A stretch of DNA of 64,000 nt, taken from NCBI RefSeq assembly GCF_009914755.1, contig NC_060933.1; one strand, written 5' to 3'. A program made the translations under genes and the position numbers. This document shows, one piece after another, positions 14,317-26,262 of the stretch; within the stretch, counting starts at the first letter, position 1, and every line of letters begins with the position of its first letter. Origin of the DNA: the human T2T-CHM13v2.0 reference genome, Homo sapiens. Below the pieces are notes generated by a model. That model had not been told where the DNA came from. It saw nothing but the letters and a program-made list of their open reading frames with translations, and did no database searches.

Positions 14317-14324
14317 ATGTATAT

Positions 14325-14470
14325 ATGATTTAACATTTTTTAAAGGCTGCAATTGCTGCCATTAATTTCCATAGGTAAAGATCATCTGGGAAATATTTAA
14401 ACATTTTTTTTGAAACAAAGAGCAACAAAAGGTAACTCAAGTTTTCAATATCTGTTCACTTAATTCTGAT
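14325..14470 (+). repeat. Local dispersed duplication of 18054-18198
   Basis: Manual alignment: 4 substitutions and 1 T-run indel over ~146 bp, same orientation. Confidence 0.95.
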
Positions 14471-15796
14471 CATGCAACTATCAAGTTGGGGAAAAGAAAT
14501 ACAAACTCAGATACTGGGCTTTAAAATAACGTGCCCCAAAGTCCATGCTATGACCTGGGCCTCTGATGGGTGTGATTGAAAGAGATAGTAGTATCATCAG
14601 TAAAGTAAGGCCTACAACAGATTAAAAAAAAAAGATTTGGGATGGAGAGTATGAAATTGTTTAATATTTTGCAAAATAAGCATAACATTAGAAATTGCCT
14701 GCTTACTCAGAGGTGAGTAATCTGGCAGTCTCGGATATCTACTACACAATCCAGAATGAGAAATGGAACAACCACAGTCTCCAAATGACCTAAACAGATG
14801 TCACAAAGCCCCAGCTTACCGAGGCAGAGTTTAGCAGCTTCTCTCAGAGCCACATGTTTAGGGTGAGGTATTCCAGCAACAGAGAGTAGAAGCAACCAAC
14901 TATGAGGATGGTACTAGAGAGAGCACACCCCCACACATATACGCACACAATTTCCAAAGGCCTTTGCAAGAACTCAAATGACCTGGTCTAGTCAGCCTTA
15001 GCACAGCTCTTCACACCTCAGTAGCTTTTTACACATCAGCAGTGACTCTACAATGCAACAGAATACAGGGTAGCACCAGTCAATTTCATTCAGAACAAAG
15101 ATCTGAGGTTGTGAAGATAAGAAGAAGTTATATTCAGCATCTTCTTTTTAAGAAGGCAGACAGATAACTCATATAGTCTAGAAAGATATCCATAAAATCT
15201 GGCCACAAGTATTTAAAACTGGCATTTGAGAAGGTAAAATTTCTGGGTAAATATCTGTTAAATAAAATATCTCAATCCCCAATCATGCTGGATAAATGGG
15301 ACACTAGTGTGCTTCTCTAAAAGATAAAAAAGAATCAATAATGGACTTAATTTTTAAATGCTTGACTCATGCCAAATGTATTTGAGAGGTAATACATACT
15401 ACAACTCCAGCATCATGAAAGTAACATCTGATGTCAGCAATCTAATGCAAGCTTGTATTCACTGGTCCGGAAGATGGGAGATCGCTTACTTTATTAGTTC
15501 TGTGATCTTTTAAAGAAAGAAAACAGTTTTGTGAGTAACTAAATTTGCTTTTTCCGTGTTAGAGACTGGTTTTTCTAAGATTAGCAGTGTAATATTCTCA
15601 AAACTGGAAATAAACTAGCAGTACCCAATGAAATTACAATAATCAGGCTATTAATTCTGCAGACCAGAAAGAGAAAGAAATGAGAGCTTAATATTAAAAA
15701 TTTCAAATTTTTTCCACCCTTATTAGCACTTCTCTTCTCAGATTTCCTTGCTGGCATTACCAATAGTATAATATATTGGATCTTGTTTTTGTCACA

Positions 15797-15874
15797 CACG
15801 TGAGGATTTATTTAACTTGAAAGTCCTTCCCAGCTCACGTGGATTGGAACCATAACTAAACAACTTGTCACGTG
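15797..15874. promoter_or_regulatory. Cluster of three CACGTG E-boxes (candidate bHLH enhancer)
   Basis: CACGTG at 15797-15802, 15836-15841 and 15869-15874 in non-repetitive, CpG-poor DNA. Confidence 0.45.
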
Positions 15875-16339
15875 TTTCTCATTGTGGACAGGCATACACA
15901 GCTTTGCAAAGAATAATTATTATTCCAGTGTAGAGATTTTTCCCAGACTTTCAAAAGATAGACTATAGATCTTGAGACACTAAAAAACTTGTTTATGATT
16001 TTTAATCAGCAAAAGAATGTATTCACACTTAAGACATGGAAAACAGCTCCTTCTCTGGAAAACAAGAAAAGCATTTGAAAACCAATTTCATTTTTTCTTT
16101 GAGCTATATTAAGGTCTATGGTTTTAAAAAGTATGATACAAAAAAAATCCTTTTTTTCTGTACTCAGTAGTCTAAGTATCATAGACATTTTTGCTTTTCG
16201 GAGGAATCAAAAGTGTTTCTCTGATGTCATCAGGACCATCACTCTGGCTAAATCTTTTAAAAGTTCCTATGACATCCAAACATATGAAACTCAAGGCAAT
16301 ATATCAAAAGAGGTAAGACTGTAGGCTTAATTCTTCTGA

Positions 16340-16560
16340 TCTATGAGTTATATATGAGCAAAAAGATGAGTTTGAATTCTCCCTTGTACCTACTATCCTA
16401 GTGACCTTGAGCTGTTAACTGCTATGCACCTGTCTGCTCATCTGTAAAATGAGGTAAAAGTGTAATCTCTTTCATAGGATTACTGAAAGAATTAAATGAG
16501 ATAATGCACGTAAACCACCTAGCATAGAGTAAATGTTCAAACATTGTTATCAATGATTAG
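16340..16560 (+). mobile_element. MIR SINE
   Basis: gtgaccttgag...ctcatctgtaaaatgagg...cataggattactgaaagaattaaatgagataatgcacgtaaa. Confidence 0.8.
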
Positions 16561-19500
16561 GAGTGTGACTGTGATTGAGATCCCAGGAAGTAACATAGCT
16601 CACTATGAATGCATCTGATTTCTCTTGCTAGCACCACTTACCCGCCTAGCACATAGTCACACAGTATTTCCTTCTAAAATATTTTATAACATCCTGACAA
16701 AAGGATGAATTTTAACCTAGATCGATGTTCTTTAATGACCAGAAATGTAATGGTTCCTCTCTATTCTCTTTGATCTAACCTCATTTCTTTCCAATATTCA
16801 GAATCAACAAGAGGAGGAAAGAATGAGAACCCTTGGTCATGAACAGGAGAATGTTTTTGACGATTTGGAAACTGGGGAGTATGAGACTTCCTCTTGGGAG
16901 AGTTGAAATAGGGGTAACATAAAGTGCCATATGAAGAACATTCAGCCTAAGTGAGAAGAAACAAATCCCGATTTATGTCAATCATTGACATATAATATTA
17001 AGGCCAGTCTAGCAGCTACTTTTTACCCTTACAACATGTCATTGTGCCTTGAGCTTTTTCCATCTCTTTAAGGCAGACTCCTTTCATGTGCTAGCTGTAC
17101 TTAAAAAGCAGCAGTGAACAGAAAGCAAAATTAACCCAGTATATTACAAACCAAGAAATGATGACAAGAAGGTAACAGCTATACTGCTGGAAGACTGGAA
17201 AGGCATCTTCAGGTAAGTTCAGTGGATCCTGAACTACTCTGTAGCCTTCATCCAAATCCTGTCCAAAAAGGAAGCTTCAGTACCTTCTGTTTTCATATCA
17301 GGCTTGATAAGTGTGTTTTGTCAATTATAATCAAAGGCTGGCCTTGACATTAGAAAATGTTATTTTTCAAACCAAAAAGAACCTGCAAAGCCCGTTCTTT
17401 GTTGTACTTCCTCATCCTCCATAATTATGCCCTTTCACCTCCGTTTTTTTTCTTTTTTCTTCTTCTCCTTTTACTGCAGGATTTATAAAATCTCTGAAAC
17501 TTGTTGTTTGCAGATGTAGGTCCCAAGTGCCCTGTCATTTACTTCCTGTCCAAGCACTGAGCAGATGGAATTACACAAGTTCGGCTGTATGAAACCACCC
17601 TCTAATGCCTTCGTTAAACTCCAGGATTTTAGAGTCTGTCCAGTTTCTGGCAGGGACCTTTCCAAACTTCCACCCCCAAAGCTGTAAATTACTACCTCAT
17701 TAAACTCAATTGTAAATGATTAGGTGTCTGGAATGTACTTTCCTCTCCCTGCAGCCTCCTTGGAGAAATTACTACATTGCAGGCCTCCCTACTTAACTCA
17801 ACACATTAGTCAAGCAATGCAGGGTTTGAGTAGCTCACTCAGGAGGAGGTTTTATTTTTGTTAGGGTATTAAAACTCTATTATCATTTAGTTCCAAAAGC
17901 GGAAGATTTGTGATCTTCCACTTCCCATTGAGCAATCAGTCTTTTAGCAAGAGAAAGCTGTAATCAACAGGACTTTTTCAAGAATTCAGTTTTCCTCCTG
18001 CCACACAGGCAGTTGGAACTACAGAACTTTTGTTTTTTCTGAACATCAGTGAGATGATTTAACATTTTTTAAAGGCTGCAATTGCTGCCGTTAATTTCCA
18101 TAGGTAAAGATCATCTGGGAAATATTTAAACGTTTTTTTGAAACAAAGAGCAACAAAAGGTAACTCAAGTTTTCAATACCTGTTCACCTAATTCTGATTT
18201 TTCGATGAAGTTTAATAAAAAAAAAAAAAACTTGAAGAATCTGGAAAGGTCATGAGGAAAGGGTTGGAGAGAGAGAAAGGAGAGGAGGGGCTGTCACATT
18301 AAATAAATAATCTAGCCTAAGTTCCCAGCCTAGCTGCCATCATTTTAGCAGAAAAGGTAAAACTAATATTCCCCGAGGGACAAAAGCTCAGAAGGTCAGT
18401 TCTCTTTCTTATGCAGGCTTTTACCTCTTTATTTAATTCACTGGCTTAGAGTCTTAAGATTTTCATAATGCTTATTTTTGGGCTTCTCTTGCCACTTGTT
18501 TCACTATAGATTGACTAGAGTCAATTAGTTGTGCTTCACTGTGTCTCTGGAATATAGGTAAAGATAGTGACTTGCGTGGAGAAAGAAAATGAGGGCTATG
18601 AGCAAAATGGTTTTGCTATGATCAAACAAGTAGTAGCAGTACAGTAAGTGTTGAAGTAGAGAGTTCTCACCATCTTTGAAGAAGATTTTCAGAAAGATAC
18701 AAGGGAATGGAGCATCATTAATTCCTAACTCAGCCTATGAATTTGTTGGTGGGTATTGCAGATGATCATTAAAGAGATTCCTTTATATCTGGGCATGGAA
18801 GATAAGGAATGGACTAATAGCTTAGGTATCCATTTTTCTACATTCATTGTATGTGGAACAAGAAATAGTTCAGATGAACATTGCTTGCCAGGGTGCTCTT
18901 TAAATGGGATCATTGGGTATAACTATAATTGGGTTAATTGGAATAAGGTATAACTTTGTCTTGGTTCCTGGCCTTGTACCTTGGAATAGATGGGATTTTA
19001 GGAAAGAGGTAAAGAAGCTGTTTCCCCAAGGAAACAAAGGCGAATGGTATTACCCAGGTGATAAGGTGTGATACGGAGAAGGGAGAGTACAGGCTCCTCC
19101 TTTGTGCCGACAACACAGCACAGCTTTGATTTGGTGAAAACTGATGGGATTGCAGTATCTCTCAGGCAACCTGAGGGTCTGCGGATTTGGAAAATCTTTT
19201 AGCATTGTCATCAGTGTTGTCATGGTAGATACCAGGTGCACTGATGCTCAGGAGACTTCATCAATGTCAGACTTTCAGAAGGGTAGGCAGGATGGAAGAA
19301 TGTGAGCTAAAGAAAAGACACCAAACAACCAAAGATGACTTGGTTATTTGAAAGATTCAAAAATACTTCATTGTAGGCAATTCATTCCTTGACTAAGTTT
19401 TAATTCATGTTAAATTTATCACTTAAAAGCCTATTAGAGAGTAGCACCAGCAGAATGGCAGACTAGAAGGTGCCAATCTTCATCTCCCCCACAAAAACAA

Positions 19501-20745
19501 CTAATAACCATATACCAATGAAATTGTGGAGAGAGCTCGGGAGTACAGCAAAGAGGTAGCAGAAACTCAGTGAAGCACAAACACCAAAGATGGCTGTGTA
19601 GAAAACACCTTGCTTGCACTACTCCATTCTTCAGTTGGGATCAGCTCAGAGCCAGAAGGGATTTCTTCCAAGGGGAAAAGGTAAGCAGGAGGATCCCAGT
19701 GGCCCTCATCACCACGCAGACACCTGCACGCTTCAACACCCTGCAGTTTTTGCCAGTGCTGAGCCCAACTAAGGGAGCCAATGCTGTGCCCCGCCCCTGA
19801 TTGCCTGGGTAGCCATAGTACCTCTCCATTTCTGGGGTCTTGCTGTTATTTCACCTTACCACCTAAAGCCTGGGACACCCAGCACCCCACTATCCCTGGG
19901 CCCAAGTTGCTGGAGAGCAACTCCATCTCTCTGGACTCAAGTCACTGCTGGACCCCACCCCATGGGACCTGCATTACTGCTGTGCCCCACCATTCTGGGG
20001 TCTTACTGCCACAGCCCCCCAACCCACGCCCACTCCCAGGGCCTGAGATACTAAAATACCCTGCTTTCCCAGGAACTAGAGTCTTTGCTGTACTACCCCA
20101 TGCCCTGGGACCTAAGTCATCACAGCAGCACTTTATCCCTGGGGCCATACCACTGCTGCACCCTGCCCCCACAGTCTAAGCTTATTGCTATATCCCCTCT
20201 CTCTGGGCTTGAGATGCACACCCCAAAGTCCTAGACCCCAGCTCTGTAGGTGATCTGCATAAGCTCATGCCTCTGTGAGTGCACCATTATCCCAAGACCC
20301 AGGTGCCACACCTGTTCTGAGCACCTGTTCCCTGGCCTGAAACCACTGCAGCTTCCTGAAGCCCACACCAGACCCAGCATCAAGAGGGAATCCCTCAGAT
20401 AGGACTCCCTCCTGTGAGGAATGGGAAAAGAGAAGGACCACAACAACCTTCCCCTTGGGGACTCCAACAGCCTACACTGTTATTGCTGCCATTACAAACA
20501 CCTGCAGCCTTGGCCATCGAGGCCCTCATAGTCTTTGTCAATGCTGACCTCAACGGGGAGAGATACATGGAGACTACACCTGCACACCCTCTGGAAACAA
20601 AGCTGCCACACCCCCACCCAGCTTGCAGTCTTGCACTTAGCTGCAGATGAAAATCTATTCCCACCAAAGCCAGTCTGTAAAGTTTGGAAGAGGTGACTGC
20701 TCTATCAAATATGCAGACACCAATGCAAGGCTATAAGAAACACTT

Positions 20746-20747
20746 GA

Positions 20748-20811
<64 letters not shown>

Positions 20812-20908
20812 AAAGAAAGAAAGAAAGGAGGAAAAAAGAAAGAAAGAAAGGAAGAAAGGAAGAAAGAAAGAAAGAAAGAAGAAAGGAAGGAAGGAAGGAA
20901 GGAAGAAA
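20746..20908. repeat. (GAAA)n / (GGAA)n compound microsatellite
   Basis: Direct tetranucleotide repeats. Confidence 0.97.
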
Positions 20909-21388
20909 ATGCCACCAAAGGAACACAGTAACAACCCCCAAGAAATCAAGATCTACAAATTGCCTGAAAGAAATTTAAATAACTATTTTGAAGAAGTTCA
21001 GCAAGATATAAGAGAACTCAAATAGATAACTCAATGAAGTCAGGAAAAAAATACGTAAACAAAACTAAAAATTCAACAAAGAGATAGAAATCATTTAAAA
21101 AGTTGCCAGGCAGAAATCCTGGAGCTGAAGAATACAATGAATGTAATCAGAAATGCAATAGAGAACTTCAACCGCAGACTAAAGCAAGCAGAAGAAACTG
21201 GGAACTTGAAGACAGATATTTTGAGATTATCCAGTCAGAGGAGATAAAAGAATGAAAAAGATGAAAAGAAATGAAGAAAGCCTATGGGACTTATGGGACA
21301 CTATTAAACAAATCAATACATGCATTATGAGATTCTAAAATATAGAAGAGAGAGAGAAGAAGAGAAAGCTTGAAGAAACGATGGCTGA

Positions 21389-22089
21389 GTTAGAATGGCA
21401 ATCGTTAAAAAGTCAGGAAACAACAGATGCTGGAGAGGATGTGAAGAAATAGGAACACTTTTACACTGTTGGTGGGAGTGTAAATTAGTTCAACCATTAT
21501 GGAAGACAGTGTGGCAATTCCTCAGGAATCTAGAACCAGAAATTCCATTTGACCCAGCAATCCCATTACTGGGTATATAACCAAAGGATTATAAATCATT
21601 CTACTATAAAGACACATGCACACGTACGTTTATTGCAGCACTGTTCACAACAGCAAAGACTTGGAACCAACCCAAATGCCCATCAATGATAGACTGGATA
21701 AAGAAAATGTGGCACATATACACCATGGAATACTATGCAGCCATAAAAAAGGATAAGTTCATATCCTTTGCAGGGACATGGATGAAGCTGGAAACCATCA
21801 TTCTCAGCAAACTAACACAAGAACAGAAAACCAAACACCGCATGTTCTCACTCAAAGGTGGGAGTTGAATAATGAGAAAACATGGACAAAGGGAGGGCAA
21901 CATCACACACTGGGGCCTGTCATGGAGTGGAGGGCTAGGGAAGGGATAACACTAGGAGAAATACCTAATGTAGATGACGGGTTGATGGGTGCAGCAACCC
22001 ATCATGGCACATGCATACCTATGTAACAAACCTGCACATTCTGCACATGTATCCCTGAACTTAAAGTATAATAAATTTAAAAAGAAAAA
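21389..22089 (+). mobile_element. 5'-truncated L1PA (L1PA7/8-like) 3' end nested in older L1
   Basis: ORF2 C-terminal peptides ([23 protein letters not shown]), 3'UTR, A tail; TSD aagaaacgatggctga (21373-21388) / aagaaacaatggctga (22090-22105). Confidence 0.93.
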
Positions 22090-22133
22090 AAGAAACAATG
22101 GCTGAAAATTGCCCAAATGTTGGGAGAGATATG

Positions 22134-22189
22134 AAAATCCCGATCTATGAAGCCCCAAAATCCCTATCTATGAAGCCCCAAAATCCCTA
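22134..22189. repeat. 23-bp tandem duplication
   Basis: aaaatccc(g/t)atctatgaagcccc, ~2.4 copies. Confidence 0.9.
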
Positions 22190-22456
22190 AATAGATTCAG
22201 TCCAAAAAGATCTTCACCAAGACACATTATAATAAACTTTTCCAAAGCCCATGTCAAAGAGAGAATTTTGAAAGCAGCAAGACAAGCAACATGTCACATA
22301 CAAGGGAATGTCAAGAACTATATCTGCCAAAGCTGTCTTTCAGAAATGAAGGAGGAATAAAGACTTTCCCAGAAAAGCAAATGCTGAGGAAGTTCATCAC
22401 CATTGACTTGCCTTAGAAAAAATGCTAGAGAGTTCTTCAAGTGAAAATGAAAGAAG

Positions 22457-22728
22457 GCCAGGAGCGGCACACTTTGGGAGGCTGAGGTGGGCAGATCACT
22501 TGAGGTCAGGAGTTCAAGACCAGCCCAGTCATCATGGGAAAACCTCATCTCTACTAAAACACAAAAATTAGCCAGGCGTGGTGGTACATGTTTGTAATCC
22601 CAGCTACTCGGGAGGTTGAGGCCGGAGAATTACTTGAACCTGGGATGCAGAGGTTTCAGTGAGCTGAGATTACACCATTGCACTCCAGCCTGGGCAACAG
22701 AGCAAGACTCCATCTCAAAAAAAAAAAA
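22457..22728 (+). mobile_element. Alu SINE (AluS) with ~20-bp deletion near 5' end
   Basis: ggccaggagcggca joined to cactttgggagg; TSD aaaatgaaagaa / aaaatgaaagga. Confidence 0.92.
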
Positions 22729-23369
22729 TGAAAGGACACTAATTACTAACATAAAAAGACATAAAAGTATAAAATTCACTCATAAAAGTAAACGTATAAA
22801 TGCAGAATACTATAATACAATAATGGTGGTGTTTAAATCACTTATAACTTTGTATAAAGGTCAAAAGACAAAAGTATTACAAATAATGATACACTATTTC
22901 CTTAATGGAAAAAATATGTTAATTGTGATATTAAAAACATAAAATGGGGATGGAGCAAAAATGTAAAATTTTTTTATCCATTGAAGGTAAGTTGTTATAT
23001 GTAGGTCAAAGGATACAAAGACATAGAAGAATGCGTCTAAGTCTAGAGATATATTGCATTATTAATACAATATTGTATTGCATATTAATAATGTTGTGTT
23101 GTATCTTGGAAATTTGTTAAGAGAGTAGATTTTAGATACTCTTAGCACAGAAAAAGAGTAACTGAGATGATGGAGATGTTCAGTGGGTTGACCGTAGCAA
23201 CGATTTCACTGTATATATCAAAACATTGTTTTGTACACCTAAAATATACAGAATAAAAAAGAGCCTATGAGAATATTAAGGAGTTCCCTCTCACCTCAGG
23301 AGGAGAACAAAAAAAAAAATGGTATAAGAGGCAGCTTTGATTACTAATGATGTAAATTTAAAAATATAT

Positions 23370-23990
23370 GTAAGCCATTGATATGTCTTTGTGAATTACC
23401 TGTTAAAGCATTTTTCTATTTGCTTTTTTCTTGTTGATTGATAAGAGCTTTTTATATATTCAGGGTGATAACACTTGTGTATCATTTATTTTGCAAATAT
23501 ACCTACTTTGAAGTTGGACTTTTAAATTTGTTTCTAACAATTTTGAGACAGAAAAATTCTATTTTTAGTCTCCTTTATCATTTTTTTCTTAATTTTATGC
23601 TTAGAAATATTTTACTAATGCTGTAAGCAGAGTTGGTTTCTGTTTTTTATTTTTTGCATCTCTTGGTATGTTCTCTTGTATTTTTAAAATACTTTCTCTT
23701 GCAGCTTCATTTTTCAAATTAACTCCTATACGATCTCTTTTTGGCATATTGGGTGAGGAAAGGCTCTAACTTTTTTTAAATAAATAGGTATTTTATATCT
23801 CTTAAATACACATTACTCTACAAATTTTGGGAGGAAATCATCTTTATCACAAGCCAAAACCTATTTTTTGAGTTTCTATTCTATTTTACCAAACTACATT
23901 GGTCTACTCCGTGCAATACTACAGTGTGAAATTATAGTATGCTCTAAAATTCTGTGATGCAAACATCACCTTGCAATTCCTTTTCTCCCC
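23370..23990 (-). mobile_element. Old L1M fragment, antisense
   Basis: T-rich degenerate antisense ORF2 motifs (tttgtgaattacctgtta, gagctttttatatattcaggg). Confidence 0.55.
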
Positions 23991-24679
23991 GACAAGTTAA
24001 TTGCAGAGTTTTACTTCAAGTAAAGTCAGACGTAGAATGTTGACAGACTATTGCTCTCACCAAAACAATAGAAAAAATGAAGTAAAATTAATATTTTTAA
24101 CACACTGAAGGACTATGAATGCAAGGAATTAAAGACTTCCAAAGAGGTGCAGGCCCTTCTTGGGTGAACAGAGACCATGAACTGCTTTCCTTCTGGGAGC
24201 ATTTGCTGAATTCAGGCAGAAAGAATCTGCTGGGGGTATGAAAAAAAACAGTTAAACTTTTAACAGCCATGTGAGCTGGCACAATGAAATAGAACCTTAG
24301 AAACCCCAAATGCAGAGATAGCAGAGTCTTCCTGCCACCAATTCTCATAGACTTTTGCTCAGTGTCTTGCAGAAGCATTTGGGAAGCTGGCGGCAAGACT
24401 GAAAAGTGATTAGAGAGCCAAAGTCTACAAGAAGGAAAGGCCTATTATATACATAGATAAGATTTCACACTCAAGAAATCTTGAAAACAAAGGCAATTTG
24501 AAACTAGATCTCCAAATCAGCCCCAATCCTGTTAAATTCCTTATTGGATCAAAGCAAAAAGCCTCCCATTTTCATTCTAGCTGCCTGATTAGAAGAAAAG
24601 ATATGCCCTTTCTGGAAGAAATAATATTTACTTCAGTCTCTATGGTTTTTATTTATTTTTATTATTTTTTTCTTTTTTG

Positions 24680-24764
24680 AAAATGGAATGCTTCGCAAAC
24701 TTGCATCATTCTTGCACAGACGCCATGCTAATCTTCTTAGGATATGTTCTGCCAAAGCGAGCAC
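24680..24764 (-). pseudogene. U6 snRNA retropseudogene with 17-nt internal deletion
   Basis: Reverse strand reads GTGCTCGCTTtGGCAGaACATATcCTA-AGAAGATTAGCATGGC...GAAGCaTTCCATTTT; decayed poly(A) at 24652-24679; TSD agtctctatggttttta (24635-24651) / agtctccttggttttta (24766-24782). Confidence 0.93.
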
Positions 24765-24905
24765 GAGTCTCCTTGGTTTTTAAACACAATAAAAAGTTAC
24801 AACTCAAGGCAAAAATAAGGAAAATGTAACTTTTGTGCAAAAGAAAAATAAAATCTATATGATGAGAATTACAGATAACCCAAAAATGACTGTAAAATCA
24901 CTACT

Positions 24906-25031
24906 AAAAGTGTCTCTTAAAATTAGAGCAAAAAATAGATCTAATGGATGAAAAACTTGATAATTTCAAAAAGTGTCTCTTAAAATCAGAGCAAAAAATA
25001 GATCTAAAGGATGAAAAACTTGATAATTTCA
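24906..25031. repeat. 63-bp tandem duplication
   Basis: aaaagtgtctcttaaaat...cttgataatttca x2, 2 mismatches. Confidence 0.95.
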
Positions 25032-26262
25032 ACAGAGACATGGAAGTACTAATGAGATAGGTATTCTAAAATATTTTAAATTAATGCATATGTTAATTAG
25101 CATGATTTAACCATTCCACAATGTATATATGTATCAAAATATCATGTTTGTGCACCATAAATATACACAACATTTGTCAAATAAAAATAATTTTAAGTAA
25201 TATTTAAAATTAGACATTCATTAAATGGACAATACCAGGCTAGAAGGACAGCAGAAGAAACGCTGAGTGAACTTAAAGACAGATCAATAGAAATAGAAAT
25301 TAGAACAGAGGAAAAAGAACATTAAAAATAACTGAGAGGGAGAGAGTTATGAGATAAGACCTGTAATTAACAATCTTCAAAGAGACACACAAGCCAAAAC
25401 AAAACAAATAAAAAATTCTGCCAAGCATTTAAGAAATACCAGTTCTACACAAACTTTCAGAAAATAGGAAGAACACATTTCGACTCATTCTATATGGCTC
25501 ACATAACCATCATACCAAACTATGACAAGGCTATTTTTAAAAAAGAAAAATTATAGACCAATATTCCTCATTAACACAGATATAAAAATCCTATGCAAAA
25601 TAATTGAACCCAGTAATATATTTGAAGGATAATATATCCTAAACAAGTCTAGCCATTCAATGAATGCAAAGTTGGCATAACATTTAAAATCAGTCAGTTT
25701 AATTCATGTCAAATGATTCAGAAAAATAAACCACAAAATGTTATCATTGGATAGAGAAAAATTATTTCATAAAATTCAACACTGTTTTACTTAAAAGGAT
25801 ACTCTTAACATGGTAGGTATAAGGAAGAACTTAATCTATAAAGGTTATCTACTAAAACAGTAGTACAGCTAATAGGAAATTCAATGTAAATATTCACTAT
25901 TATTGTTTCTATTGACTGTTGTACTGGTGGTTCTACCCATTGAAATAAGGCAAGAAAAATAAATAACAGTTCTAAGCATTGGAAAGGAAGAAGTAACACT
26001 CTGTATTTCACACAGTTATGTGCATGGAAATTCCAAAGAAATCTATAAATAAACTGACAGATTTATTGACAAGAAATAACATGTGAATTTTAGCAACACT
26101 GCTGGTTATAAGGTTAACAAACAAAAATCAAGAGTATTTCTGAACACTAGCTGCAGCAATTGGGAATAAATTTTTTTAAACATTACGTACAAGAGCATCA
26201 AGGGGGAAATCTAGTGAAAATTATGCAAAACCTCTTAACTAAAAATGATAAAACATCACTTA

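Larger units (their letters stand above)
19439..23260 (+). mobile_element. Old L1MA-type LINE-1 with 5'UTR, ORF1 remnant and 3'UTR but no ORF2
   Basis: GC-richer 5'UTR at 19.44-20.7 kb, ORF1-like sequence at 20.9-22.8 kb, L1MA 3'UTR from ~22998; degenerate TSD aaaagcctattaga (19425-19438) / aagagcctatgaga (23259-23272). Confidence 0.75.

Noticed and set aside
20655-21025. Lys/Glu/Arg-rich and Phe/Leu/Ser-rich ORFs
   Set aside because: Products of the (GAAA)n microsatellite plus decayed L1 ORF1
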